The notes under the pieces are model-generated. The model saw nothing but the letters and a program-made list of their open reading frames with translations, was not told the DNA's origin and searched no databases. A DNA stretch of 34,955 bases, from UHGV virus genome UHGV-0055450; one strand, given 5' to 3'. Positions 16,319-25,308 of the stretch are shown piece after piece. The position numbers and the translations under genes are program-made. The first letter of the stretch is position 1, and each line of letters begins with the position of its first letter. This DNA comes from a virus.

Positions 16319-17998
16319 ATGGCGGAAACAACTAAAGAGCGATTGAACAAACAGTTCGCACAACTTGAAAGCGAGCGTCAGTCGTTCGAGCCGCACTGGC
16401 GCGAGTTGAGTGATTACATCAACCCGCGTGGTTCCCGCTTTCTGACTTCTGAGGTCAACCGTAACGATCGACGCAATACACGCATTATTGATTCGACCGG
16501 GACTATGGCGGCGCGCACTCTCGCCAGCGGCATGATGTCAGGCATCACAAGCCCCGCGCGTCCGTGGTTTCGCCTGGCTACGCCAGATCCTGAAATGATG
16601 GATTATGGCCCTGTTAAGTTGTGGCTTGAGGCGGTGCAGAACCGCATGAACGATATGTTCAATAAGTCGAATCTCTACCAGTCTCTTCCGCAGTTATACG
16701 GAAGCCTCGGCACATACAGCACTGGTGCAATGGCGGTGCTGGAGGATGACGAGGACATCATTCGCACAATGCCATTCCCGATAGGCAGTTACTACCTGGC
16801 TAACTCACCTCGTGGCAGTGTGGACACCTGTTTTCGCAAGTTCTCTATGACTGTTCGTCAGCTTGTTCAGGAGTTCGGGCTAAATAACGTCAGCGAATCC
16901 GTAAAAAGCATGTGGGAAAGCGGCACCTACGAGAAGTGGATTGACGTGATGCATTCGGTTTACCCGAACATTGACCGCGATACATCGAAGCTGGATAGCA
17001 AGAACAAGCCATTCAAATCGGTTTATTACGAGGTTGGTGGCGATAACGACAAGTTGTTGCGTGAGTCCGGATTTGATGAGTTTCCAATTATGGCTCCGCG
17101 CTGGGAAGTTAATGGCGAAGATGTTTATGGATCATCATGCCCGGGTATGCTGGCGCTTGGACCTGTTAAGGCATTGCAGCTTCTCCAGAAGCGCAAGTCG
17201 CAGTTGATTGATAAAGCCACCAATCCGCCGATGGTTGCTCCGACTTCCCTCAAGAATCAGCGCGCCTCCCTTCTTCCTGGCGACATCACGTATATCGATC
17301 AGATTACTGGTCAGGATGGTTTCAGGCCTGCTTATCTGGTTAACCCCAGTACAGCAGATCTGGTAGCAGACATTCAGGACACTCGTCAAATCATTAACAG
17401 CGCCTACTTTGTCGATCTGTTCATGATGTTGCAGAACATCAATACCCGCTCGATGCCTGTTGAAGCGGTGATCGAAATGAAAGAAGAAAAACTTCTGATG
17501 TTGGGGCCGGTTCTGGAGCGTCTGAACGACGAATGTCTTAACCCTCTCATTGACCGCGCTTTCTCGATGATGGTGCGTAAAAACATGCTGCCGCCACCGC
17601 CTGACGCGATGGAAGGTATGCCCCTGAAGGTCGAATACATTTCCGTCATGGCTCAGGCGCAGAAGTCTATCGGCCTGTCCAGTCTGGCGTCCACGGTTAA
17701 CTTCATTGGTCAACTTGCGCAAGCGAAACCAGAAGCTCTCGACAAACTCAACGTTGATCAGGCGATCGATGCATTCGCTGATATGTCCGGAGTGTCTCCA
17801 ACCGTCATTGTTCCGCAGGAACAGGTTGAGCAGGCTCGCCAGCAACGGGCACAGCAACAACAGCAGCAACAAATGATGGCGATGGGGATGGCGGCGGCAC
17901 AGGGTGCCAAGACGCTAAGCGAAGCTAAAACTTCGGATCCGAGTGTTTTGTCAGCTATGGCGAATGCAGTTAGTGGTCAGGGTGGGCAATCACAATGA
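16319..17998 (+). CDS. Portal (head-to-tail connector) protein, T7 gp8-like
   Basis: 559 aa; follows the terminase genes and precedes scaffold and capsid; N-terminal MAETTKERLNKQFAQLESERQSFEPHWRELSDYINPRGSRF fits the podovirus connector family; C-terminal poly-Gln tract. Confidence 0.8.
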   Translation: MAETTKERLNKQFAQLESERQSFEPHWRELSDYINPRGSRFLTSEVNRNDRRNTRIIDSTGTMAARTLASGMMSGITSPARPWFRLATPDPEMMDYGPVKLWLEAVQNRMNDMFNKSNLYQSLPQLYGSLGTYSTGAMAVLEDDEDIIRTMPFPIGSYYLANSPRGSVDTCFRKFSMTVRQLVQEFGLNNVSESVKSMWESGTYEKWIDVMHSVYPNIDRDTSKLDSKNKPFKSVYYEVGGDNDKLLRESGFDEFPIMAPRWEVNGEDVYGSSCPGMLALGPVKALQLLQKRKSQLIDKATNPPMVAPTSLKNQRASLLPGDITYIDQITGQDGFRPAYLVNPSTADLVADIQDTRQIINSAYFVDLFMMLQNINTRSMPVEAVIEMKEEKLLMLGPVLERLNDECLNPLIDRAFSMMVRKNMLPPPPDAMEGMPLKVEYISVMAQAQKSIGLSSLASTVNFIGQLAQAKPEALDKLNVDQAIDAFADMSGVSPTVIVPQEQVEQARQQRAQQQQQQQMMAMGMAAAQGAKTLSEAKTSDPSVLSAMANAVSGQGGQSQ

Positions 17999-18291
17999 CA
18001 GATTACGAAGATGATCAACTGAAAGAAGAAAACGCCCGTAAGCAACGTGACATGGCACAGCGTGAAATTGATGACATTCGCTTTGTCATGAGCAGTGAAC
18101 AGGGGCGTCGCGTTGTCTGGTCGGTGCTGGAGAAAGGCCGTGTGTTTTCCGCTATCTCACCGATGGACGCTATGGCAATGGCATTTAATGAGGGGCAACG
18201 CAATCTGGCGCTGGAACTGTTTCAGCGCGTTATGGCGCATTGCCCTGAACAGTATTTGAAGATGGCCAAAGAGGCCAGTGAACAGGAGTGA
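17995..18291 (+). CDS. Hypothetical protein (98 aa)
   Basis: Start overlaps the portal stop; acidic, coiled-coil-like. Confidence 0.45.
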   Translation: MTDYEDDQLKEENARKQRDMAQREIDDIRFVMSSEQGRRVVWSVLEKGRVFSAISPMDAMAMAFNEGQRNLALELFQRVMAHCPEQYLKMAKEASEQE

Positions 18292-18293
18292 TC

Positions 18294-18989
18294 ATGAATT
18301 TATTTGAGCGTTTGCTGTATCGCCGTCTTTGCAATGAGCAACCAGTCGATGGTGGAGCAGCTCCGGCTGCGTCAGAACCGTCAGCGCCTGCAGGTGATAA
18401 CCCTGCTCCAGTTGGTGATCCATCACAACAAGAAGGTGATAAGCCGCAACCTGTTGCTGATGGCGATAAACCTGCTGATGACAAAAAGCCTGAAAGCGAT
18501 AAGCAGGATGAAAAAAAGGACGGCGATAAACCAGAGGGTGCGCCTGAGAAGTACGAGTTTCAGGCTGCCGAAGGCGTAGAGCTGGATACAGAAGCGTTGA
18601 AGGAATTCGAGCCGGTGGCGCGAGAACTTAACCTGACCAACGAGCAAGCGCAAAAGCTGGTTGATGCTTATCCGAAGATTCTGGCAGGTGTTCAGCAGCG
18701 CCAGGCAGAAGCCTGGCAGAAAACAACCGAGCAGTGGGCTGCGGATGTAAAAGCTGACAAAGAAATCGGTGGCGACAAGTTGATTTCTAACCTTAGCGCC
18801 GCACAGCGTGCGCTTGACCAGTTCGGGACACCTGAACTCAAAGAATATCTGAACACCACCGGGCTGGGTAATCACCCTGATCTGGTCAAAACGTTCGTGA
18901 AAATCGGAAAGGCGATGTCTGAAGATGGCATGGTCACCGGTGGTAATGAAGGCCAGCGTAGTGCGGCCGAAGTGCTCTATGGCAAATAA
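18294..18989 (+). CDS. Scaffolding-like protein
   Basis: Highly acidic and Lys-rich with an Asp/Lys/Pro low-complexity region (KPADDKKPESDKQDEKKDGDKPEG); lies between portal and capsid; AGGAG 6 nt upstream of the ATG at 18294. Confidence 0.55.
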   Translation: MNLFERLLYRRLCNEQPVDGGAAPAASEPSAPAGDNPAPVGDPSQQEGDKPQPVADGDKPADDKKPESDKQDEKKDGDKPEGAPEKYEFQAAEGVELDTEALKEFEPVARELNLTNEQAQKLVDAYPKILAGVQQRQAEAWQKTTEQWAADVKADKEIGGDKLISNLSAAQRALDQFGTPELKEYLNTTGLGNHPDLVKTFVKIGKAMSEDGMVTGGNEGQRSAAEVLYGK

Positions 18990-18997
18990 GAGAGGAA

Positions 18998-19990
18998 ATG
19001 ACAATGGCTGTTAAAGGCTTAACTGCGCTAACGCTGGCTGACTGGGGTAAGCGCGTCGATCCAAACGGGAAAGTCGATAAGATTATCGAGCTTCTCAGTC
19101 AAACTAACCCGATCCTTCAGGATATGCCTTTTGTCGAAGGGAACCTTCCTACCGGACACCGAACCACCATTCGTTCTGGTTTACCTTCAGCTACCTGGCG
19201 TTTGCTGAACTATGGCGTACAGCCAAGCAAATCAACCACAGTGCAGGTAACCGATTCCGTGGGCATGCTGGAAACCTATGCTGAAGTCGATAAGTCACTG
19301 GCTGATCTGAACGGCAATACCGCCGAATTCCGCCTGTCTGAAGACCGCGCATTTATTGAAGCGATGAATCAGCAGATGGCGCAGACGCTGTTTTATGGTG
19401 ATTCCAGCGTTAACCCTCAGCAGTTTATGGGACTGTCCTCCCGCTATTCCAGCCTGTCTGCGGGTAATGCTCAGAACATCATTGATGCTGGTGGCACGGG
19501 TACAGATAACACCTCAATCTGGTTAGTGGTGTGGGGCGAAAACACCGTGCATGGCATCTTCCCGAAAGGGCAGAAGGCTGGCATCCAGATGGAAGATAAA
19601 GGCCAGGTGACACTGGAAGATGCTAATGGCGGCAAGTACGAAGGCTATCGCACCCATTATAAATGGGATAACGGACTTGCTCTGCGTGACTGGCGTTATG
19701 TTGTTCGCATTGCAAACATCGATGTCAGCAATCTTTCAGAACCTTCCTCTGCCGCAAATATTGCGAAGTTGATGGTTAAAGCACTGCATCGCATTCCAAA
19801 CCGTGGCATGGGCCGCCCGGTGTTCTACATGAACCGCACTGTAGGCCAGGCTCTTGATCTGCAATCTCTGGAGAAAACATCTCTGGCTATCAGCGTAAAA
19901 GAGACTGAAGGCGAGTGGTGGACTTCATTCCGTGGTGTACCAATCCGTGAAACTGATGCGCTTCTGGAAACAGAAGCCCGCGTGGTGTAA
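18998..19990 (+). CDS. Major capsid protein
   Basis: About 330 aa, directly after the scaffold gene and followed by a hairpin; assigned by size and synteny. The ATG at 19004 has better spacing from the AGAGGA box. Confidence 0.65.
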   Translation: MTMAVKGLTALTLADWGKRVDPNGKVDKIIELLSQTNPILQDMPFVEGNLPTGHRTTIRSGLPSATWRLLNYGVQPSKSTTVQVTDSVGMLETYAEVDKSLADLNGNTAEFRLSEDRAFIEAMNQQMAQTLFYGDSSVNPQQFMGLSSRYSSLSAGNAQNIIDAGGTGTDNTSIWLVVWGENTVHGIFPKGQKAGIQMEDKGQVTLEDANGGKYEGYRTHYKWDNGLALRDWRYVVRIANIDVSNLSEPSSAANIAKLMVKALHRIPNRGMGRPVFYMNRTVGQALDLQSLEKTSLAISVKETEGEWWTSFRGVPIRETDALLETEARVV

Positions 19991-20041
19991 CGCCTGTTAT
20001 TAACCTGTGGGTCGTAACAGACCCACTAATGGAGAAAGAAG

Positions 20042-20479
20042 ATGATCACCGACAAACTGTTGATGTTCTCCGAAGCTCAGGCGGTTACGAATACCGCGGC
20101 TTCTACTGACGTAATCGATCTCGGTCCAATTGACGGAAAACGTCGTGATATCGGCGTGGGTTACCCGCTTGAGTTTTGGGCGCTGGTTAACACAGCCGCC
20201 GCGGCAAGCGGTGATGCAACTGTAAACATCCAGTTGCAGACGAGTGAGGATAACAGCTCATGGACCACTATTTATGATAGTGGCGCACTGGCAAAGACCG
20301 CCCTGACAGCAGGTAAACGAGTTGTTTCTGCAAAGGTGCCTGCCGGTGTTCAGCGATATCTGCGTGTTAACTACTCCGTCGCAACTGGCCCACTAACGGC
20401 TGGCGAATTCACTGCTGGTATCAGTCTTGATGTTGATGCCAATACGCCGTATCCGATCCGCTCAAAAGTAACTGGTTAA
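20042..20479 (+). CDS. Hypothetical virion protein (possible capsid decoration protein)
   Basis: 145 aa immediately after the capsid gene; GGAGAAAG upstream of the ATG. Confidence 0.5.
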   Translation: MITDKLLMFSEAQAVTNTAASTDVIDLGPIDGKRRDIGVGYPLEFWALVNTAAAASGDATVNIQLQTSEDNSSWTTIYDSGALAKTALTAGKRVVSAKVPAGVQRYLRVNYSVATGPLTAGEFTAGISLDVDANTPYPIRSKVTG

Positions 20480-20489
20480 GGTGATATCG

Positions 20490-20825
20490 ATGTCAGGTGA
20501 GAAACCAAGATACCGCGTTCTGCGCCTCTCTCATATCCATAACACTCTGTGGCCGGAGGGGGCAGAAATCGAATACGAAGGTGAGCCTGGTAGCGCACTG
20601 GAACCTGTTAACGATGCAGCCAGACAGGCAAAAGCAAAAGTTGCAGGAAAGGTGTCAATGGCAGCAACCAGCACCAAAATCATCAACGATGTGTCAGATG
20701 ATGGTGAACTGGATAAGCTCCGTGAAGAGTACGAATTGCTCTTTAACGAGAAGCCACACCATAACGCCAAAGCCGAAACGCTCCGCGAGAAGATCGCAGA
20801 TAAGCGTAAAGAACTGGGCGTGTAA
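20490..20825 (+). CDS. Hypothetical protein (111 aa)
   Basis: ATG at 20490 with AAGGTGA 5 nt upstream. The track ORF starts at 20481. Confidence 0.45.
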   Translation: MSGEKPRYRVLRLSHIHNTLWPEGAEIEYEGEPGSALEPVNDAARQAKAKVAGKVSMAATSTKIINDVSDDGELDKLREEYELLFNEKPHHNAKAETLREKIADKRKELGV

Positions 20826-20843
20826 GCCTCGCGGATCAGACAA

Positions 20844-20863
20844 GGGGCTTCGGCCCCTTTATT
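20844..20863 (+). terminator. Rho-independent terminator or attenuator
   Basis: GGGGC-TTCG-GCCCC followed by TTTATT. Confidence 0.65.
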
Positions 20864-20875
20864 GCAGGAGTGTAT

Positions 20876-21199
20876 ATGGAACTCGTAAACCTCAAAACCG
20901 GCACTGACAGCTACCAGGATGAGAGCGGAGAAACCAGAACTCGCGATGAATACCCGTGGGGGCTGTGCATCACGCTGAATAACGACACATTGAATAAGCT
21001 GAAGGCGCAACCTCAGGGCGTCGGAACAGAAGTGATGATAACTGCAAAGGCTGTTATTCGAGGCCTGTCTGCCAGAGAAACTGACGATGGTGTTAATCGC
21101 AGCGCCGATCTGCAGATCACTGATATGGCGATCGCTCCTGTTTCCGGGGATGTAGAAAAATCAGCGGCTGAAACTCTGTACGGTAACGGAGGTGAGTGA
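20876..21199 (+). CDS. Hypothetical virion-module protein (107 aa)
   Basis: ATG at 20876 with GCAGGAG upstream; the C-terminus KSAAETLYG repeats the scaffold C-terminal motif RSAAEVLYG. Confidence 0.45.
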   Translation: MELVNLKTGTDSYQDESGETRTRDEYPWGLCITLNNDTLNKLKAQPQGVGTEVMITAKAVIRGLSARETDDGVNRSADLQITDMAIAPVSGDVEKSAAETLYGNGGE

Positions 21200-21804
21200 T
21201 GGCCTCTGTAGTAGAGATCTGTAATCGTGCGCTGTCCAATATTGGCAACAGCCGCAGCATTAACAGCCTGACGGAAGCCAGCAAGGAAGCGGGGGAATGT
21301 TCGCTGCACTTTGAGGCCTGCCGTGATGCTGTGCTTTCTGATTTTGACTGGAACTTTGCTACCAAACGCGTGGCGCTTGCAGATACGAGCAATCCACCGC
21401 CTGACTGGGAATATGCGTACCAGTACCCGTCAGATTGTCTGCGCATTACTGAAATTATGCTTCCTGGTGTACGCAATCCAACAGCAGCAATGCGCGTTCA
21501 GTACGAAGTTGGTGCAGACACCAACGGAACAGGAAAGTTGATCTACACAGACCAGCCTCAGGCATGGCTCAAGTATGTCTCTCGCGTTACAGATGTGAAC
21601 ATGTTTGATGCCATTTTTATGGAGGCGTTGGCCTGGCGTCTTGCGGCAGCTATTAACATGGCGCTGACTGGGAATGCAGACCTCGGTACGTTTGCCCTCA
21701 ATATGTACAATCGCGTGATTCTTAGTGCTGGCTCGCATAGCCAGAATGAATCACAGGAACCACAGCCACCGGTTGACGAGTTTACCATTGCGAGGTTGTC
21801 CTGA
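21199..21804 (+). CDS. Tail tubular protein A-like (T7 gp11-like adaptor)
   Basis: About 200 aa; N-terminal ICNRALSNIGNSRSINSL...DWNFAT resembles T7 gp11 (VNDILASIGEPPVSTL...GWTFNI); positioned before the large tubular protein. Confidence 0.55.
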   Translation: MASVVEICNRALSNIGNSRSINSLTEASKEAGECSLHFEACRDAVLSDFDWNFATKRVALADTSNPPPDWEYAYQYPSDCLRITEIMLPGVRNPTAAMRVQYEVGADTNGTGKLIYTDQPQAWLKYVSRVTDVNMFDAIFMEALAWRLAAAINMALTGNADLGTFALNMYNRVILSAGSHSQNESQEPQPPVDEFTIARLS

Positions 21805-24269
21805 TGGCTATCAGTTGGATCCAGCCCAGCTTTGCCGGTGGTGAGATTGGACCGTCTTTGTACGGTCGTATCGACATGGCGAAGTACCAGGTGGCATTGC
21901 GCAAGTGCGATAACTTTATCGTGCGGCAGTATGGCGGCGTTGAGAATCGACCTGGTACGCGTTTTGTCGGTGCCGCCAAATACCCAAATCGGAAATGCCG
22001 CCTGATCCCGTTCCAGTTCTCGACGGTTCAGACTTATGCTCTGGAGTTCGGACACCAGTACATGCGCGTTATCAAAGATGGTGCGTTGGTGCTGAACAGC
22101 AGCAATGTTATTTATGAAATTGCCACGCCATATACTGAAGCCGATCTGTTCCGAATTAAATTCACGCAAAGCGCAGACGTGCTTACGCTGGTTCATCCGG
22201 CATACCCGCCGAAAGAGTTGCGCCGCTATGCGCATGACAACTGGCAACTGGTTGATGTGGTAACGAAGAACGGGCCATTTGAAGATATCAATATTGACGA
22301 GTCAGTGACGGTTTATGCCAGCGCCAGCACCGGGACAATTACGTTAACGGCAAGCGCCTCAATTTTTGGCGCGGAGCAGGTAGGCAAATTGTTCTATCTG
22401 GAACAGCCTGCAGTGGATTCTGTGCCGGTATGGGAAACCAGTAAGAGTACGTCGATTGGCGATATTCGCCGTGCAGACAGTAACTACTATCGCGCCGTTA
22501 CAGCAGGAAAAACAGGTACTTTGCGCCCTTCGCATACAGAAGGCACATCATGGGATGGCTGGGGCGGATCCGGTGATGATGATACTGGCATTGAGTGGGA
22601 ATATCTGCACAGTGGTTTTGGCATTGCCCGTATCACTGCTGCAAATGGAACTACTGCAACTGCCGAGGTGATTTCCTATATCCCTTCGCAGGTCGTTGGC
22701 GAGGATAATGCCAGCTATAAATGGGCTAAATATGCCTGGAACAGTGTTAATGGTTATCCTGGCACTGTTGTTTATTATCAACAACGTCTTTACTTCGCCG
22801 CATCGACTGCGTTTCCTCAGACTATCTGGGCCAGCCGTACCGGGGATTATAAGGATTTTGGCAAAAGCAATCCTACGCAGGATGACGACAGAATTATCTA
22901 CACCTATGCCGGACGTCAGGTTAATGAGATCCGCCACCTGATTGATGTTGGTTCTCTGGTGGCGCTGACTTCCGGAGGTGAGTACGTCATCACCGGCGAC
23001 CAGAACAAAGTGTTAACCCCATCATCATTTGCATTCAGCTCTCAGGGATCAAATGGCTCAAGCAACGTCCCGCCAATTGCCGTGGCGAATATTGCTCTGT
23101 TCGTCCAGGAGAAAGGCAGCGTTGTCCGTGATCTGGCCTACTCATTCGATGTTGACGGCTATCAGGGGAACGACCTGACCATCCTTGCCAATCATCTTTT
23201 TCAGAAGCACAGCATTGTTGACTGGTGCTTCTCGATTGTCCCTTACTCCAGTGCCTTCTGCATTCGTGATGACGGTAAATTACTGGTGATGACCTATTTG
23301 CGTGATCAGCAGGTTTTTGCATGGGCACCACAATCCAGTACCGGAAAATATGAAAGCACATGCAGTATCAGCGAAGGCAATGAAGATGCGGTGTATTTCG
23401 TCGTTAACCGAACCGTTAACGGGCAAACAGTGAGATACATCGAGCGACTGTCCAGCCGTTTATTTACCAGCGATGAAGATGCTTTCTTTGTTGATTCTGG
23501 CCTTAGCTATGATGGAAGAAATACGTCTGACAGAACGATGATCATCACTGGTGGTTCTGGCGAATGGGATTACCGCGCGGAATATACAATCAGTGTTTCT
23601 GGTGGTGCGTACTTCACCAGTAGTGATGTCGGCGCGCAACTACAGTTCCCTTATACCGGACCTGATACTGGCGATGAGGTGTCAAAAGAATTACGTTGCG
23701 ACATTATTTCTGTAACCAGTAATACCGCTGTAGTGGTTCGTGCTAACAGGAACGTCCCGCCATCCCTCAGGAATGTGGCCACCACGAACTGGCAGATGGC
23801 GCGCCGGACATTTGGAGGCCTGTCTCATCTTGAAGGCCAGACCGTAAACATTCTCTCTGATGCGAACGTGGAACCACAGAAAGTGGTTTCCGGAGGTGCC
23901 GTCACGCTGGAATCTCCGGGGGCTGTAGTGCACATCGGCCTGCCAATAACTGCTGAATTCGAAACACTGGATATCAACATTAACGGACAGGAAACGCTGC
24001 TGGACAAAAAACAGGTGATCCCCTCCGTTACTCTGGTTGTGAATGCCAGTCGCGGCATCTGGGCGACTACGCCCGGCGGTAAATGGTACGAATATCCACA
24101 GCGTGAATTCGAGTTCTACGATGATCCTGTTGATGATGCTACCGGAAAAGTAGAAGTGAAACTGGACAGTAACTGGGGCAAAAACGGGCGTGTAAAAATC
24201 CGTCAGCTTGATCCGTTGCCGCTGTCTGTTCTTGCCGTTATTCCTCGCCTTACTGTTGGGGGATTCTGA
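21804..24269 (+). CDS. Tail tubular protein B-like (T7 gp12-like nozzle)
   Basis: 821 aa; start overlaps the upstream stop (TGATG); size and position match podovirus gp12. Confidence 0.6.
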   Translation: MAISWIQPSFAGGEIGPSLYGRIDMAKYQVALRKCDNFIVRQYGGVENRPGTRFVGAAKYPNRKCRLIPFQFSTVQTYALEFGHQYMRVIKDGALVLNSSNVIYEIATPYTEADLFRIKFTQSADVLTLVHPAYPPKELRRYAHDNWQLVDVVTKNGPFEDINIDESVTVYASASTGTITLTASASIFGAEQVGKLFYLEQPAVDSVPVWETSKSTSIGDIRRADSNYYRAVTAGKTGTLRPSHTEGTSWDGWGGSGDDDTGIEWEYLHSGFGIARITAANGTTATAEVISYIPSQVVGEDNASYKWAKYAWNSVNGYPGTVVYYQQRLYFAASTAFPQTIWASRTGDYKDFGKSNPTQDDDRIIYTYAGRQVNEIRHLIDVGSLVALTSGGEYVITGDQNKVLTPSSFAFSSQGSNGSSNVPPIAVANIALFVQEKGSVVRDLAYSFDVDGYQGNDLTILANHLFQKHSIVDWCFSIVPYSSAFCIRDDGKLLVMTYLRDQQVFAWAPQSSTGKYESTCSISEGNEDAVYFVVNRTVNGQTVRYIERLSSRLFTSDEDAFFVDSGLSYDGRNTSDRTMIITGGSGEWDYRAEYTISVSGGAYFTSSDVGAQLQFPYTGPDTGDEVSKELRCDIISVTSNTAVVVRANRNVPPSLRNVATTNWQMARRTFGGLSHLEGQTVNILSDANVEPQKVVSGGAVTLESPGAVVHIGLPITAEFETLDININGQETLLDKKQVIPSVTLVVNASRGIWATTPGGKWYEYPQREFEFYDDPVDDATGKVEVKLDSNWGKNGRVKIRQLDPLPLSVLAVIPRLTVGGF

Positions 24270-24733
24270 TGATCGATGTTCAAATTATTCCCGCAACCGA
24301 AGAGCATCTTCAGATGATTTTGCCGGATGTTCGTCAGGCTGATATTGACGAACTGTATGCGGTATCGCTGATGACTACCGAAGATGCGCTGCGTGTTGGT
24401 CTGCGCACTGCGACTATGGCCTGGTCAGGGTTCGCGAACGGAGAACTGGTAACCATGTTTGGTGTATCTCCGGCGTCAATGATCGGTGGCAATGGTACGC
24501 CCTGGCTGGTCGGAACCAGCCGTATTGAAAAATATCAGAAGACATTTCTTCGCCACTGCCGACCTGTATTGCAGCAGATGCTGGCAGTTTATCCGCGCCT
24601 GGAAAACTACGTCGACGAGCGAAACCATGTTGCCAAAGCATGGCTGCACTGGCTTGGATTCAGGCTTGAAGAAGCCGCGCCTTATGGTGCTCTTGGTCTT
24701 AATTTCCACAGATTTCACATGGAGAGAAAATAA
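24269..24733 (+). CDS. Internal virion protein, gp13-like position
   Basis: 154 aa, coupled to flanking genes; assigned by synteny. Confidence 0.45.
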   Translation: MIDVQIIPATEEHLQMILPDVRQADIDELYAVSLMTTEDALRVGLRTATMAWSGFANGELVTMFGVSPASMIGGNGTPWLVGTSRIEKYQKTFLRHCRPVLQQMLAVYPRLENYVDERNHVAKAWLHWLGFRLEEAAPYGALGLNFHRFHMERK

Positions 24734-25308
24734 TGTGCGATCCGGTTATTGCTGGTGGCGCAATGCTCGCCATGAGTGGCATTCAGGCATACACCCAGTA
24801 CCAACAGGGAAAGTATGCCTCGAAGGTTGCGGAAGCGAACGCAGATATAGCCACAGCTCAGGCAAATGATGCAATAAACAGAGGTAACGCTGAAGCTGAG
24901 CAACGACGCAGAGAGACCCGACAGCGGCTTGGTACACAGGCGGCGACAATGGGGGCTACCGGCGCTGATTTATCTACAGGTAACGCGCTGGATATATTTG
25001 GCGACACTGCCCAGTTTGGCGCTCTTGATTCGCTGACGACGGTGAATAACGCGCAACGCGAGGCTTACGGTTATCAGGTTCAGGCTGCCAACTATAAAGC
25101 AGAAGCCAGTTCAGCCCGTAAACAGGGGAATGTGGGAGCAGCAACAACATTGCTCACTGCGCCTCTGAAGGCATACGGTGCGTACCAGATGTTTGGTGGG
25201 ACGTGGAGTCCGTTCTCTAAAGGAAGTACATCTAGTGGTGGGACGCCAATGTTATCTAACTCAGGTTTTATGAATTCTGACTCCCGATTCAAAATAGGAG
25301 GTTACTGA
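24733..25308 (+). CDS. Internal virion or ejection protein, gp14-like position
   Basis: 191 aa, Ala/Gly/Gln-rich; start overlaps the upstream stop (TAATG). Confidence 0.45.
   Translation: MCDPVIAGGAMLAMSGIQAYTQYQQGKYASKVAEANADIATAQANDAINRGNAEAEQRRRETRQRLGTQAATMGATGADLSTGNALDIFGDTAQFGALDSLTTVNNAQREAYGYQVQAANYKAEASSARKQGNVGAATTLLTAPLKAYGAYQMFGGTWSPFSKGSTSSGGTPMLSNSGFMNSDSRFKIGGY

Noticed and set aside
17135-17872. 245-aa minus-strand ORF
   Set aside because: It is fully embedded antisense within the portal gene and is Arg/His-rich low-complexity sequence typical of antisense frames; similar antisense ORFs at 9070-9813, 10661-11446, 13691-14197, 20531-21010 and 21558-22247 were rejected for the same reason.
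20007-20026. Hairpin GTGGGTC-(GTAACA)-GACCCAC after the capsid gene as a terminator
   Set aside because: There is no T-run after the stem, so it is not called a rho-independent terminator; it may still be an RNA-processing or attenuation hairpin.
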